A DNA stretch of 64,000 bases. Origin: a virus. Lineage: Duplodnaviria > Caudoviricetes. The position numbers were made by a program, and so were the translations under genes. Below, piece after piece: positions 51,010 to 61,850 of this stretch (the stretch's first letter is position 1; the number at the start of each line of letters is the position of its first letter). The stretch covers positions 2,162 through 66,161 of the IMG/VR virus record IMGVR_UViG_3300002220_000279; one strand, 5' to 3'. The notes beneath the pieces are model-generated. The model was not told the origin of the DNA and did no database searches. It worked only from the letters and a program-made list of their open reading frames with translations.

Positions 51010-52439
51010 AAGTTGGAAAATACGTAGAGGATATGTGCCATCCGCACAGTAAAAATCGTCGAAAAGCTCTCGCAGATGCAAAAGCATTTTACTCTGCTGA
51101 CTATGGTCCAAATATAGATGGTCCTCCAGAATCAAAACACGTAAAATCAGAAATTGCTACAAAAAATTCATTAGAATATATTGCTAATATTTTATTTGAA
51201 TTTGAGGAATTACCTAACTTTTCGGTACTGCGAGGTGGCATAGATGGGTTATATTTTGGCATGGATACCTCGCTATTAGATAAATATTTTTCACAATTAA
51301 TATTTCACTCTCACAGCAACAGAGAAGAGCAATCTAAAATAGGATTTAACAATCCCACAGGTTCTCATCACCCAAAAAATTCATTTCATATATACTCTTT
51401 TGAAAAGTCGTGTATGTCTATTGACAGTTTCGTAAAACATTGCATACCGATGTTTAAAGAAAATCCATTTAAGTGTAACATGATTATAAAACCGTCTATA
51501 GAAATTCCCGGAGCTCCATCAAATTATGGAGAATATGGACAGATTTGCTTTTTATTCTCAGATACAATAAATAATCTGTATATTGGTGGGTATTTCTATA
51601 TTTACGAAGGAGAATGTAATAGTGCGACTATATCAAGCGCTGTAGGAGAGCGTAGCGATTATAACTCACAGTTTATAAAAAAAATAGGCAATTGCATGGC
51701 TGAGTACAGCAAGCACGAATCAAAAGAAAAATACTGTATGGTTTCCCTTGTAAATAAATCTATGCAAGGATATAATTTTATCAGAGTAGATATATCCGCT
51801 AGTCTAGAACCGTTTCAAAATTTAGATTTACATTACCCTAATAAATCAAAAGAGAAATTCAGTGTATTTTACAAAAATATTGTGAAAAGAATGAGTGAAT
51901 CTACAAAAGGATTGTATATTTTTTACGGGTCACCAGGCACTGGCAAAACTTTTATGATTAGGCACTTGATGAATGATGTTCAAGAGATAAACGAAAATAA
52001 AGAGTTTATTATTGTATCGCATGATTTGTTAGGGGAGCTAGCTAAACCAGAATTTATAGGCTCAATCCTTAACTATGTGTCAGGGGGAAAAGAGATAATT
52101 CTTTTGTGTGAGGATGCAGAACAAGCAATAAAAAAGCGGGATAAAACCAGTCACAACAAAAGTGTAGTATCAACACTTCTTAATGTATCTGATGGAGTGC
52201 TAAACGATATTCTTAAATTTCAAGTTATTTTAACATTTAATACTAAAATAGACAATATAGATGAAGCATTATTAAGAGCCGGCAGATTACAAGCTATAAA
52301 AGAATTTAGTCCGTTGTCTTTAAAACATGCTAATACACTAATCAAACATTTAGGCATAGAACGCCTTGATGCTGTGGATGGAATGTCTCTATCCGAAATT
52401 TATACAGCCAAGAGTGCAAACGAAATTTTGCGGCACTAA
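51006..52439 (+). CDS. AAA+ ATPase with N-terminal extension
   Basis: FYGSPGTGKT, LLCEDAE, LLNVSDG, DEALLRAGRL. Confidence 0.88.
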   Translation: MKVGKYVEDMCHPHSKNRRKALADAKAFYSADYGPNIDGPPESKHVKSEIATKNSLEYIANILFEFEELPNFSVLRGGIDGLYFGMDTSLLDKYFSQLIFHSHSNREEQSKIGFNNPTGSHHPKNSFHIYSFEKSCMSIDSFVKHCIPMFKENPFKCNMIIKPSIEIPGAPSNYGEYGQICFLFSDTINNLYIGGYFYIYEGECNSATISSAVGERSDYNSQFIKKIGNCMAEYSKHESKEKYCMVSLVNKSMQGYNFIRVDISASLEPFQNLDLHYPNKSKEKFSVFYKNIVKRMSESTKGLYIFYGSPGTGKTFMIRHLMNDVQEINENKEFIIVSHDLLGELAKPEFIGSILNYVSGGKEIILLCEDAEQAIKKRDKTSHNKSVVSTLLNVSDGVLNDILKFQVILTFNTKIDNIDEALLRAGRLQAIKEFSPLSLKHANTLIKHLGIERLDAVDGMSLSEIYTAKSANEILRH

Positions 52440-52453
52440 AGGATTACGTTATT

Positions 52454-52720
52454 ATGAAATATAAACCAATTACGTTATCAGATATTATTATGATAAAATA
52501 TCCTGATGAAGAGTTTTTGATAGCAAATGGGTTCGATGATGCGGTTATTGGAGTTGAACCTGCATCAATGCGATTAATCCATTCTGTTTATAAAATAATG
52601 AAGATATTAGAAGAAAAGATGGAATCCGCCGACCAATTAGAAATAATGGAATACATAGAGTATAATATCGTTGGCAGTTATGTAGGGGAAAAGACACCTA
52701 TTTGGTGTTATGACATATAG
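52454..52720 (+). CDS. hypothetical protein
   Basis: ANGFDDAVIG...EYIEYNIVGSYVGEKTP. Confidence 0.7.
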   Translation: MKYKPITLSDIIMIKYPDEEFLIANGFDDAVIGVEPASMRLIHSVYKIMKILEEKMESADQLEIMEYIEYNIVGSYVGEKTPIWCYDI

Positions 52721-52775
52721 AAAAACACATCATGGAGTTATTAACATATTAGATTAAAACATACAGGAGTTATAC

Positions 52776-55700
52776 GTGGCAGATAAACAATTAAGAATCG
52801 TGCATTTTTCAGATTATCATTTACACAATAATAGTAGACAAAAAGAGTTTGCAATTGTATTCAATAATTTTTTGGATAAGTGTAAAGAAATACAACCAGA
52901 TTACATAATTTTTCCCGGTGATTGGAATCACGAAAACACTATGTTATCTACAGAAAGTATCGTATTCACCAAATGGGCGTTTAAACAGTTGTCCGATATT
53001 TGTCCTGTTATCGTATCAAGGGGCAATCACGACTCGGCTCTCAACAATAATGACAAAATCACTACGTTAGAATCCATTTTAACTGATTTTACAGATACAG
53101 TGCACCCAATATATGCATTCTATCATTCAGCTTGGCAGGAGTTCCCAGAATTCGATTTGGGTGTATTTGATTATATGGATACTCCAGAGATATTCCAAGA
53201 ATTAGCAGACAAACCTAAATCAGATAAAATTTCTATCGCTATGTATCACGGAATAGTGGGACAAGCTAGGGTATCTAAAGAGAACGAAATAAAATTAAAA
53301 AACAGTCACCTGAACATGATGCCGTATTTTTCAAATTATAGTTTTACAATGCTTGGGGATATACACCAAATGCAATACCTGAATGAGGATAAAACTATTG
53401 CTTATTCGGGAAGTATGTTACAGAATAATTTCAATGATTCTATGGACAAAGGATTCCTGCTATGGGAAATAAACAGTGACCAAACTTTTAGCGTTCAATT
53501 TATTGCAGTAGAAAATCCTTATAAAAGAATAGAAGTAGAATTAAATGATTTGGACCAAATCTTGTCTTATATTCGGGAAAAGAATCCTACTAAGAAAAGC
53601 AGTGTAAAAGTTAAACTGGTTAACGTTCCTCTGCCTGATGAACAAAAAATAATACAGGCAATTTCTACAGAATTCGGTATAAAGCCGGGAATAGTTAACA
53701 CGAAACAGAAAGTGTCTACAGAGGACTTACAACTATCTGACAGTAATAAAGATTCTTTTTATGACGTTGATTATCAAAACAAGATGCTGACAGAATATGC
53801 TAATCTGAATGAAATTAAGGTCCCCATTGAGGATATTGTCGAAATGAACACCCGATTCAATCAACAGCTCAAGTTTGAATACGGGTTTGTTAATTGGACA
53901 ATTAATCGATTAGAGTTCCAAAACTTGTTTAAATACGGTGGGGACAATATAAATAAAATTGATTTTTCGCAAATTTACGGTATTGTTGGAATCCCTGGCA
54001 ACTCTGCTATCGGGAAAAGTAGTATAGTATATATTATTTCTTGGTTATTGTTTGACAAATGCAATCTTTATGACATAGCCATAAGCGACATCCTTAATTC
54101 AAAGTCTAAAGAGGGTTATGGGGAAATAGAATTTACTATTGATGGTAGAACATTTGTTATAAAGAAAGATTTAAAGCGTTCCGGCAAAACTGTAAAATCA
54201 ACAATGATGTTTACTCAGATAATGGAAGATGGAACAAGAAAAAATGAAAATGAAGATAACTCTAATCAAACTAAAGCCAAAATACAAAAGCTGATTGGGA
54301 CATATGATGATTTTATTACCACCAATTTGTCTTTACAGGGTAAATCAGCAAATTTCATAGAGTCCAACAATTCTGAAAAGAAACGCATTGTGGCGCACTT
54401 TGTAGGTTTAAAGATATTTGATGACCTTGCGGCAATTGCAGACAAGCATTATAAAGAGTTGGGGGAAAGAATATTCGGACCCACTGATGTAGATTATTAT
54501 GCCAGTCAAATAGTGCAACTGAAACAAATGATATTCTCTGCAGAAGAGGGTAAGTCCGAAATGCTGTCTGATATAGAAAGTTTGGAAAAAAGCATAGAGG
54601 AATACAAACAATATCTCGAAGATGAGCAAAAGAACCTTAAACCCCTCTTGCTAAACCCCAACTTTAATAAAGATGTTGCCAACCAAAAGAAAGAGAGATT
54701 AGAAAAAGAGATTGCTGATATTGTAGAAAAATCGTTATTGCTTACTGGTCAAAGAAAAGAACTATATTGCGAAAGTGGGGTATATCCTACAGAACAAGAA
54801 TTGAGGAATCAGTTTAAACCCCTGTTATTGGCATCAGATTTCAATAAAGAAAAATCAGATGCTGAGCGGACCAGACTACAGCAAGAAAATAATTCAATCA
54901 GTGAACAAATTGAAATCAATAATTCAAAAATAGTAGAAGTTGAGAAAACTGAGGAAACGTATCGTCAAGAACTTAAAACTAAGGAAGAAAAAGTTCGTGT
55001 TAACTCTGAAACTCTCAACAAAATAGAACTCAAATTGTCACAACTAAAATCTAAAATTGATGACGTTAACTCTTTGCTATCCAAATCTGTAGATGGTCAA
55101 ATAACCAAACATGACGTTTGTGATAATTGTGGATTGTATTCATGGTTTTCCAAAAATCAAAGTGAAGTTGGTGAACATCAGAGCAATATAGAATATCTAA
55201 ACGAATCTAAACAAAAACTATTAGATGAAAATAAAACTCTCAATGAAGAGATATCGGTAATTCGCAAAAGTCTAAATACTATCAGCGAAAATAAAACACA
55301 CCAGTTTAACATAGACAGGTTGAATAATACAAAGCAATCTAATCAAATGAAATTAGAAAAAATTGAGCGTGACTTGAATTTAGACAAGGATAATACGGAA
55401 ATAGTCAAGCACAATGCCGTTATTCAAGAAAGATTAGATATATTTGCACATAATAATGAAATAGATAATCAACAAAGAGAATTGCAGAATGAACATAAAT
55501 CAAAAGGTATCGAGTTAACAAATATCGAATCTGATTTAAATAAATATGCTGATAACGAAAAGATTGTAGAACTCAATAAAGAAACAAATGAGAAAATAAG
55601 TCAATACAAATCTACTATCAGCGAGAAACAAAGTAAGGTAGCAGAATTAAGGGGAACTCTTAAAGCAAACGAAACTATCATAGAGAGCAATCAAAAGCAG

Positions 55701-56246
55701 ATTCACAACTATGAGATTAAGATTAAAGAGTTGGAAGAGTTCCAGAAAAAGTATGAATTGATTGATGCTTATAAAGAACTCATCAAATCTGACGGATTGC
55801 CAGAGTTTGTTTTAGAGAAAAAATTAGAGCCACTTATAGATGAAATTAATTCACTACTTACATTAACTGATTACCAAATTAACATTATTCTTGAAAAAGA
55901 GGGAAGGAAAACACAGAAAATTAATATCACCTATAAAGAGGGAGATAATGACTGGATGTCCATTAACCTTGCTTCTGGAGCTGAGAGAGCTACACTCAGT
56001 CTTATATTCCGCATAGCAATGCTGAAAATGAGTTGTTTGGGTCACTGCTCAACATTATTTATTGATGAGTTGTTTTCTCCCCTTGACGCGGACAGATTGG
56101 AATCTGTAGAGGATATGTTGCAAATAATTAAAGATTATTTTACTCATATTATATCCATTAGCCACATAGAAAGTATTAAGAGGTGTGTTGATAACACTAT
56201 TAACATTGCGAATAACGGAATGTATAGTTATGTAGTAGAGGACTAA
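52776..56246 (+). CDS. sbcCD: SbcD/Mre11 nuclease - SbcC/Rad50 ATPase fusion (gp47-gp46-like), 1156 aa
   Basis: SDYH, GDW, GNHD, MYHG, GDIH; then GNSAIGKS Walker A, coiled coil with CDNC hook, ASGAE signature, LFIDELF Walker B. Confidence 0.92.
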   Translation: MADKQLRIVHFSDYHLHNNSRQKEFAIVFNNFLDKCKEIQPDYIIFPGDWNHENTMLSTESIVFTKWAFKQLSDICPVIVSRGNHDSALNNNDKITTLESILTDFTDTVHPIYAFYHSAWQEFPEFDLGVFDYMDTPEIFQELADKPKSDKISIAMYHGIVGQARVSKENEIKLKNSHLNMMPYFSNYSFTMLGDIHQMQYLNEDKTIAYSGSMLQNNFNDSMDKGFLLWEINSDQTFSVQFIAVENPYKRIEVELNDLDQILSYIREKNPTKKSSVKVKLVNVPLPDEQKIIQAISTEFGIKPGIVNTKQKVSTEDLQLSDSNKDSFYDVDYQNKMLTEYANLNEIKVPIEDIVEMNTRFNQQLKFEYGFVNWTINRLEFQNLFKYGGDNINKIDFSQIYGIVGIPGNSAIGKSSIVYIISWLLFDKCNLYDIAISDILNSKSKEGYGEIEFTIDGRTFVIKKDLKRSGKTVKSTMMFTQIMEDGTRKNENEDNSNQTKAKIQKLIGTYDDFITTNLSLQGKSANFIESNNSEKKRIVAHFVGLKIFDDLAAIADKHYKELGERIFGPTDVDYYASQIVQLKQMIFSAEEGKSEMLSDIESLEKSIEEYKQYLEDEQKNLKPLLLNPNFNKDVANQKKERLEKEIADIVEKSLLLTGQRKELYCESGVYPTEQELRNQFKPLLLASDFNKEKSDAERTRLQQENNSISEQIEINNSKIVEVEKTEETYRQELKTKEEKVRVNSETLNKIELKLSQLKSKIDDVNSLLSKSVDGQITKHDVCDNCGLYSWFSKNQSEVGEHQSNIEYLNESKQKLLDENKTLNEEISVIRKSLNTISENKTHQFNIDRLNNTKQSNQMKLEKIERDLNLDKDNTEIVKHNAVIQERLDIFAHNNEIDNQQRELQNEHKSKGIELTNIESDLNKYADNEKIVELNKETNEKISQYKSTISEKQSKVAELRGTLKANETIIESNQKQIHNYEIKIKELEEFQKKYELIDAYKELIKSDGLPEFVLEKKLEPLIDEINSLLTLTDYQINIILEKEGRKTQKINITYKEGDNDWMSINLASGAERATLSLIFRIAMLKMSCLGHCSTLFIDELFSPLDADRLESVEDMLQIIKDYFTHIISISHIESIKRCVDNTINIANNGMYSYVVED

Positions 56247-56278
56247 TTCGCCTATTAACAAATCATTAACATTATTTT

Positions 56279-56315
56279 TGCACGGTAACATATCTAACGT
56301 TATCGTGCATTTTTT
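56279..56315 (+). terminator. Rho-independent terminator
   Basis: TGCACGGTAAC...GTTATCGTGCA stem followed by a T-run. Confidence 0.75.
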
Positions 56316-56417
56316 ATGTTAGTGATACAAAATATAGAGATATCATCAAACTTTTCAACTTTAGTTGTTATGTGTAGTAGGTTATATAAGCTTAATTTTT
56401 CATAGGTTTGTTGCTCA

Positions 56418-56933
56418 ATGAAACTATATAGAGTAGAAGGAATAGAATTAATGAAAACTACCTATATTTACAAAATTTGGAACAGAAAAGAAAAGAGATT
56501 CTTGACTACAGTTGAAATGAAAAACTTAAAATTTGTAGTAACTTTTGATGGGGAAAGTAAATTCCTTCATTTCTCAACGATTAACAGTAATTTAGAAAAG
56601 GAAAACATTACACTTGATTCGATTAGCGTTCACGCTCCAGAGGAAGTTTTTGAGTTAGTTTGGGGAATTTGTAGATATAGTGGTACCGGCAAGATTGTCA
56701 AAAAGTTATATGATGGAGATATATTCGTAAAGAAAAGACCGGGAGTGGGGTTTTCTTATGCTGTAATAAAAAATTGCGATGAGGAACAGTTTATTCTGCT
56801 TATATCTGATACTTTTCCAGAGCAACACAAGGTAATAGAATTACATGAGGGTTGGATGCATATCGGAAATGTCAGAGAAATTGGATTCATATATGATGTA
56901 TTTAGTTCGTTATGGACTTGCGATATAGAATAG
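56418..56933 (+). CDS. hypothetical protein (YopX-like)
   Basis: YKIWNRKEKRF ... KLYDGDIF ... IGNV..IG.IYD. Confidence 0.55.
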   Translation: MKLYRVEGIELMKTTYIYKIWNRKEKRFLTTVEMKNLKFVVTFDGESKFLHFSTINSNLEKENITLDSISVHAPEEVFELVWGICRYSGTGKIVKKLYDGDIFVKKRPGVGFSYAVIKNCDEEQFILLISDTFPEQHKVIELHEGWMHIGNVREIGFIYDVFSSLWTCDIE

Positions 56934-56988
56934 CGTAAATCATAGATAATAGTCAATTCGGTTTTATATAGGAGTTATTGTTATATTA

Positions 56989-57870
56989 ATGGGTAGATTA
57001 TCTAAAAAAATAAAATGTATTTGTTTACAATGCGAAAAAGAGTTTGAATCGTTACCATCACGGGGTAAATTTTGCAGCACTAATTGTAGTTATTTATTTC
57101 GTAAAAAAAGAATTAAACATATTTGTTTACAATGCGAAAAAGAGTTTGAAGTGTTACCATCGCGGGATAAAAATGGAGGGGGTAAATTTTGCAGTCAGAA
57201 ATGTAGCGGTTTATATCATCAAAAAAGAATTAAACATATTTGTTTACAATGCGAAAAAGAGTTTGAAACAATACCCTATTCTGGTGGTAAATTTTGCAGC
57301 TCTAAATGTCGTTATTTATCTATGAAAAATAATGTTAAACATATTTGTTTACAATGTGATGAAGAATTTGAAATACCATTATCATTTACAAAAAAGGGGG
57401 GTGGTAAATTTTGCAGCTCTAGATGTCGTTATTTATATTATAATGAGAATAAAGTCGCTTGTTTACAATGCGGTGAAGAGTTTAAAGCATTGCCATCACG
57501 GACAAAAAAAGGACACGATAAGTTTTGCAGTACAAAATGTAAAGGATTATATTTTAGAATATATCCCGATACAGAAAAACAAAAATATGTTAGAACAATG
57601 GCGAAATACATTAATTGGAAATATAAAGTAAATGAAAGAGATAAATATGTCTGCCAAAAATGTGGAAAATCTAATTTACAATTACACGCTCATCATATTG
57701 TGCCGTTTTCAATTCTATTTTTAGAATATTCTATAAATTCAATAGAGCAAGCGGAACAATGTGACGCGATGTGGGATATTAACAATGGTATAACCTTATG
57801 TGGTAAATGTCATCGCAAACAACATAAGAAAGCAATAAAAAAAGGTTTAACCCAACTGTCATTATTTTAA
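56989..57870 (+). CDS. HNH endonuclease with five N-terminal CxxC...KFCSxxC repeats
   Basis: Repeats of CLQCEKEFE/GGKFCS; C-terminal CQKCG...HAHHIV...NNGITLCGKCH. Confidence 0.88.
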   Translation: MGRLSKKIKCICLQCEKEFESLPSRGKFCSTNCSYLFRKKRIKHICLQCEKEFEVLPSRDKNGGGKFCSQKCSGLYHQKRIKHICLQCEKEFETIPYSGGKFCSSKCRYLSMKNNVKHICLQCDEEFEIPLSFTKKGGGKFCSSRCRYLYYNENKVACLQCGEEFKALPSRTKKGHDKFCSTKCKGLYFRIYPDTEKQKYVRTMAKYINWKYKVNERDKYVCQKCGKSNLQLHAHHIVPFSILFLEYSINSIEQAEQCDAMWDINNGITLCGKCHRKQHKKAIKKGLTQLSLF

Positions 57871-57878
57871 AATTTAAT

Positions 57879-57906
57879 TTGCTTTTTGCTCAAAGCCGAT
57901 TATACT
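57879..57906 (+). promoter_or_regulatory. early promoter; extended dyad CCGATTATAC-N5-GTATAGTCGG (57896-57920)
   Basis: Motif repeat; hairpin is followed by a T-run. Confidence 0.8.
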
Positions 57907-57941
57907 ATATGTATAGTCGGTTTTTTTATAAGGAGTTAAAA

Positions 57942-58730
57942 ATGGCAAAAAGAGTTATGCAGTTCAACATGAGACAGGACCAGTTTTACAAGTATACTGG
58001 TTATGAGTATGTCGGTGGAGACAATTTTGACTTTTGCTTTTGCGATAATTGTAATCGCCAAATTACCAATCTCTATTTTATAGAGGGTCAGACCGACAAG
58101 AAATCTTATACTGTTGGTTCAGAATGCGTTATCACACTTACCAAGCTTCTCAATCCATCTGAATTTCAGGAAGCTAAGCGCATTATGAAAAAAGAAATCA
58201 AGTATATCAAATGGTTACAAAAAGAATGCACTTATGCAATGCGTGAAACATATACTCGCGAAGGCAAAGAACACTCCACTATTCGTTTGTTTAATAAGAA
58301 ACCCACCAGGAACTACTTTCACGAATACACATATCGCATATCCGATACTGATGAGGGTCGCAAGAACTTTGACAAATACTTTACAGGAACGTGGATTACT
58401 ATGGGGGAAATTGCCAAAGAAATTTTAGAGCGTTATGCTCCTAATGCAATTGACTCTATTCCCCCCGAAATTGAAATGATAGAACGTACTGAAAGTTACG
58501 CTCTGATTTATTGCAAGAGAGAGGGTAACAAATTATTTAACAACGAAATGAATATAACTGATGATAAGGGCAAACCATCATATATAATGTATTATATTAA
58601 TGGTGTGTATTATCGCTACATGTTCTGTTCTGATAATTATGCTGATTACGACAGCTATCATTCAAGATATTATATTACATCCGATTTGGATTGGGCTTTA
58701 GCCAAACATATTAACATCAAAGAAAGATAA
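57942..58730 (+). CDS. hypothetical protein
   Basis: AAGGAG RBS; CDNC...VGSEC motif. Confidence 0.7.
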   Translation: MAKRVMQFNMRQDQFYKYTGYEYVGGDNFDFCFCDNCNRQITNLYFIEGQTDKKSYTVGSECVITLTKLLNPSEFQEAKRIMKKEIKYIKWLQKECTYAMRETYTREGKEHSTIRLFNKKPTRNYFHEYTYRISDTDEGRKNFDKYFTGTWITMGEIAKEILERYAPNAIDSIPPEIEMIERTESYALIYCKREGNKLFNNEMNITDDKGKPSYIMYYINGVYYRYMFCSDNYADYDSYHSRYYITSDLDWALAKHINIKER

Positions 58731-58742
58731 GAGAGGTTTATA

Positions 58743-59364
58743 ATGACAATTAAATTGTTTTCTGTCGTAATTTATGGTGATTACGAATCACAAGAAGAGA
58801 TTGAGTTTACTTCACGTGCATTAGCAGAGGAATTCTGCGATTGTTACAATATTGATTATTCACAAATCACAGAACATATTACAACTAATGAAGAGATTAT
58901 GCAAAAAGCAATAAACACTCTTATTGATAAGGTTAGCGAATTAGAAAGAGAGGTTAAAGATTTGCGGTCACGTAGCTACACACATTGCGTAGGTCCATAT
59001 GTTTGATTCTAAATCTTGTATATATGAACAATGTGGATTTGTTATAATTCGCAGAGCTCCTAAAAATCATGATAGTTATCCTGGTATTCTGTTCTACATT
59101 GATAATATGTGGAGAGACACTACTACAAAGAATGTAAAGGGTTTTATAAGCACCCAACCCACATGGTGGACAGACGATATCGAAAAAGCATATGTTTATC
59201 AATATGAAGGTGCTGCCAAAAATTGCCTAAAGCAAATTGAGGATTTACAGATGAGAAGATGGTCATATACTCAGCTGAATCCGATGCCGTGGGTTACATC
59301 TTTAACCAAAGCAATAAAACTTCGCGACCACGTTATTAAAAGGCATCATAATAAGAAAAAATAG
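58743..59364 (+). other. two hypothetical genes (58743-59006 ending in TGA; 58999-59364)
   Basis: Overlapping packed ORFs. Confidence 0.6.
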
Positions 59365-59367
59365 TAT

Positions 59368-59834
59368 TTGCTTTTTTAGGAAAGTAGGATGAGACAATCC
59401 CGACCACCGAGAAAAATGGCATTACAACTGATGCTTGGGTTGAAAAAAGAGGTAAGCAGTTGTATTTCTGCTCACAATCTTTTGATAGTTCTGGCAATAG
59501 GGTTAAATCCTCCAAACCAGAAATAATTGATGCTATTAGTGACATTGTAATTGATGATAACGGCAAATACAAGGTCAAGTTGGTTAAAGTTCCTATGGCT
59601 ACCGCAATAAAGGCACTCATAAATTATCCGATGCCAAGAGAAGATAGACTATTAGCAGAATCATTTATCAAAAGCGAAAGATGGTGTTTAGACGGCAAGA
59701 CACAGAAACACCTCGTTAAGATGCTTTCTAACTGCGGATTTGCCTATAATCATTACACAAGTACTAATGCTTATGAGTTCTTGATTGGTAATACCAAGAA
59801 TTTACCCGTATCAGATAAACTGTTTAAGAACTAA
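59368..59834 (+). pseudogene. truncated promoter (-35 only) fused to a headless ORF
   Basis: TTGCTT...AAAGTAGGAT then GAG ACA ATC..., with no -10, RBS or in-frame ATG. Confidence 0.5.
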
Positions 59835-61303
59835 TGGATTCTAAAATGAAACAGAAAAAGAGCGAATTAGTTGAGCTGACCGTTGAAAGAATGGCTTTAA
59901 TTGGAAAAACGGCTCTCCAATTAGCAATTGATTCTTTTAAAGAGACTCCTCCCAATATTGGAGACACCGCTACAGGTGGAGACAGGTTTAATCCAGAGTA
60001 TTGGACATTGCTGGCAATTTATAAGTTAGATTTTGAAAAACTGGGTAATAAAAAACAGAAACCTACATCAGACAAAATTTTAAAAAACTAAAGGAGTATG
60101 TTATGGAAAGAAAGAATTTGTTTTTAAGGGATGACGTTACTTTTTCGGAAGCAATTCTGGAAATGATGAGGTTAAAACTTCGTGGGTTTGATGCTTGTGC
60201 TATCAGACCGATGGCTAACGGTTTAGAAGAATTCATTTATTGGATTAATCCTAATGAAAATGGCGATTATCCCACCAACTCAGAAATTTGTAAGGGTAGT
60301 GCTACCTTTTCTTTACCCCCAACGGAACATCGCCATCCTATCGACTTTGCGGACATATCTGCCACAGACTTTAATTTGTGGGCAAAGGTTACTCTTTATG
60401 CCGAAGACGGAGAACTATCAAACGACAAAGCTCCTTATGTTTTGGGTGGATGTTATTTTCACGGCAAGGCTGAGCAGACGATAAGAGAGAACGGAACCCA
60501 TGTGGCTGATATTATTTGCACCGATGTAAAACCAGAAAAGTGGCTTGATGGCATCTATCATTGGCGTGTATTTTCTGAAACAAAGAATGCAAATGTCACT
60601 TGGGGAACGCTTTTTGTATGGCACGATGTAAACAATCATATGCATGGTTTGGCTGTGGAAACTGGCGATGAAGAATCTATTCAATACGCTATAGAATGTT
60701 ACAACAACAAGAAAACAACCCTTTAAGAAACTGGAGTTATGATTATGACAGTTAAAGAATATATTGAGATTTTGAGTGAGTATCATCCCGATACATTAGT
60801 AATTCAAGAAAGCGAAGCTTGCGGGTTAGTGGATGCCACTTTCCCCCAATTGGTATCGGTTTGTTATAACCTTGACGGGAATATCAATAAATGTAACTAT
60901 AAAGTCCATACGCTAATATCAGAAGCAATGGATAGATATAGTCAGTTTGTTGCAGACAGAAAGGGGAATATACTGATTACATTTGATGAATATCTTAAAT
61001 CCTATAATAGTTACACAATTAACGCGATAATAATCTCATAGGAGATAAAAAATGAAAGAATTAGTTATTAAACTCAATCTATCTTTTGATGATGCGTTCT
61101 GTGGATTGGACAGCGGAGATTACGATAGAATAAAAAGAGATGGATGGAAAAATTATATATATTGTTGTGAAGGAAATTATTGTTGGGGTTTTAGACCAGA
61201 AATCCCTAATTACGATGATGAATATAAATTTAACCAATCTGATAAAGATGCCAATGATTGGATTGGTATTAAAGTTGAGATTAAACAGGAATATGGTGAT
61301 TAA
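59834..61303 (+). other. four hypothetical genes (59834-60091, 60103-60726, 60739-61041, 61052-61303)
   Basis: GGAG RBS before most. Confidence 0.65.
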
Positions 61304-61304
61304 T

Positions 61305-61850
61305 ATGGGCGGCAAAAGTAAGCAGTATGTTAAAATTGTTGATACCTATGGATATCAATACGCTTCTCGTATCACAGGAAAACGTGGAGCGGTTGTTGTT
61401 GTTCCAATATATAGAGATTATGAAACTCAAGAATTAAAGCTCCAACTTATCTTAAGTGAGCGACCTACTTTTGATAAACCAATATTGGAATTTCCGGCTG
61501 GATTATTGGATGATGATTCGTTATCTATTGAGGATACTGTGCTAAAAGAATTGAGAGAAGAAACTGGTTGGACTGGCGAAATTCATTCCGTATTGGACCC
61601 AGCTCCCAGCTCTGCCGGAATAACGGATGAAATACTTTATATCGCTACAGTATTCTTAACGGAAAAACACGAGCCGTCTCATCAAGGTAATGAAAAAATA
61701 AAAGTATTGCCGTTGATGTCTTTTGTGGATTTTATTAAGTATATCAATGAGGAAGATGGTAAAATTTTGGTTTCAAGCAGATTGGTTACGTATATGTTAG
61801 GGTTTACTATTGGATATTCATTTTCAAAATTTGGATTAATGGAGTTTTAA
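61305..61850 (+). CDS. Nudix hydrolase (ADP-ribose pyrophosphatase-like)
   Basis: LEFPAGLLD...VLKELREETGW Nudix box; SSAGITDE. Confidence 0.88.
   Translation: MGGKSKQYVKIVDTYGYQYASRITGKRGAVVVVPIYRDYETQELKLQLILSERPTFDKPILEFPAGLLDDDSLSIEDTVLKELREETGWTGEIHSVLDPAPSSAGITDEILYIATVFLTEKHEPSHQGNEKIKVLPLMSFVDFIKYINEEDGKILVSSRLVTYMLGFTIGYSFSKFGLMEF

Noticed and set aside
34672-57920. Repeated promoter motif as a CRISPR or insertion-element repeat
   Set aside because: Irregular kilobase spacing, always intergenic and always upstream of an RBS; best explained as promoters.
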